DNA from: Chloroflexota bacterium
Lineage (GTDB): Bacteria > Chloroflexota > Anaerolineae > Promineifilales > Promineifilaceae
Assembly (NCBI GenBank): GCA_039029915.1
Contig: JBCCFD010000035.1
Coordinates: forward strand, 1 to 30,305
Length of the DNA stretch: 30,305 bases
Direction of reading: 5' to 3'
A model generated the notes under the pieces. The model was not told the origin of the DNA. It ran no database searches and saw only the letters and a list, made by a program, of their open reading frames with translations. Below are positions 30,009 to 30,305 of the stretch, in pieces (position 1 is the first letter of the stretch; the number at the start of each line of letters is the position of its first letter). The translations under genes and the position numbers were made by a program.

Positions 30009-30305
30009 ATGAGTCTTGATAGAAATATGTCACGAATTAAAGAAGTAGTTGGCACTTGGGACAATCTAACCCGCCTGTTGCGAACTGGAGACAAAGGCGC
30101 TTTGGTGCCCGTTGTGATTCCTAAAGATCGTCGTGGATTTGGCTGGGCCTTGTGGTTTGGTATGGGCATATACGCTTTTGGCGCGTTGGGCTTTTTCGCT
30201 GATGGTGCTTCAGGTTGGATAGGTGGCTTCATCCTCATGTTGCTACTCTTTGCTTTTGGTGGATTTAGCTGGTGGCGCAGTTCTCTTGTGGAAATTGAGC
30301 AAGGG
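30009..30305 (+). CDS. Second SPFH/band-7 paralog, N-terminal fragment; continues beyond the window
   Basis: AAGGAGG SD. TM helices, then WWRSSLVEIEQG, paralleling VWRSRIVMVPDG of the upstream gene. Confidence 0.55.
   Translation, partial: MSLDRNMSRIKEVVGTWDNLTRLLRTGDKGALVPVVIPKDRRGFGWALWFGMGIYAFGALGFFADGASGWIGGFILMLLLFAFGGFSWWRSSLVEIEQG

Overview
Bacterial window of about 45% GC. Positions 1-4876 carry most of an rRNA operon on the minus strand: 16S, tRNA-Ile(GAU), tRNA-Ala(UGC), then a 23S whose 3' end runs off the window start. Upstream of the 16S are three tandem near-consensus sigma70 promoters inside a ~210-bp tandem duplication. The remaining ~25 kb is coding-dense: an ExeA/GspA-like AAA+ ATPase with a small AT-hook partner, an orphan 420-aa protein, an MBL hydrolase, a NarL-type two-component pair, three SPFH/band-7 proteins, a TIGR03916-like radical SAM/HhH protein, GNAT, a PD40 lipoprotein, an aldo/keto reductase, an orphan OmpR regulator, parA-parB, a Bro-N/DinD-like gene, HtrA and a class I methyltransferase. 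No CRISPR, transposase or integrase was seen. The strongest signal is a highly iterated palindrome, ACGGCCGT (extended AAACGGCCGTTT): 30 exact copies and at least 12 one-mismatch variants between 7.3 and 28.5 kb, in every reading frame and in intergenic DNA. It is absent from the rRNA operon, from the ExeA-like gene pair and from the low-GC OmpR gene. This behaves like cyanobacterial HIP1 but has a different sequence (GCGATCGC occurs once). Other candidates are a ~200-nt intergenic element with nested, mutually exclusive hairpins upstream of the radical SAM gene, a 161-bp MITE-like element with 16-bp perfect terminal inverted repeats, and a palindromic operator between parA and the Bro-N gene. 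The 16S has Chloroflexi-like hallmarks (tentative) and a T-to-A change in the normally invariant 530 loop. All calls are by eye from the sequence; no searches were run.
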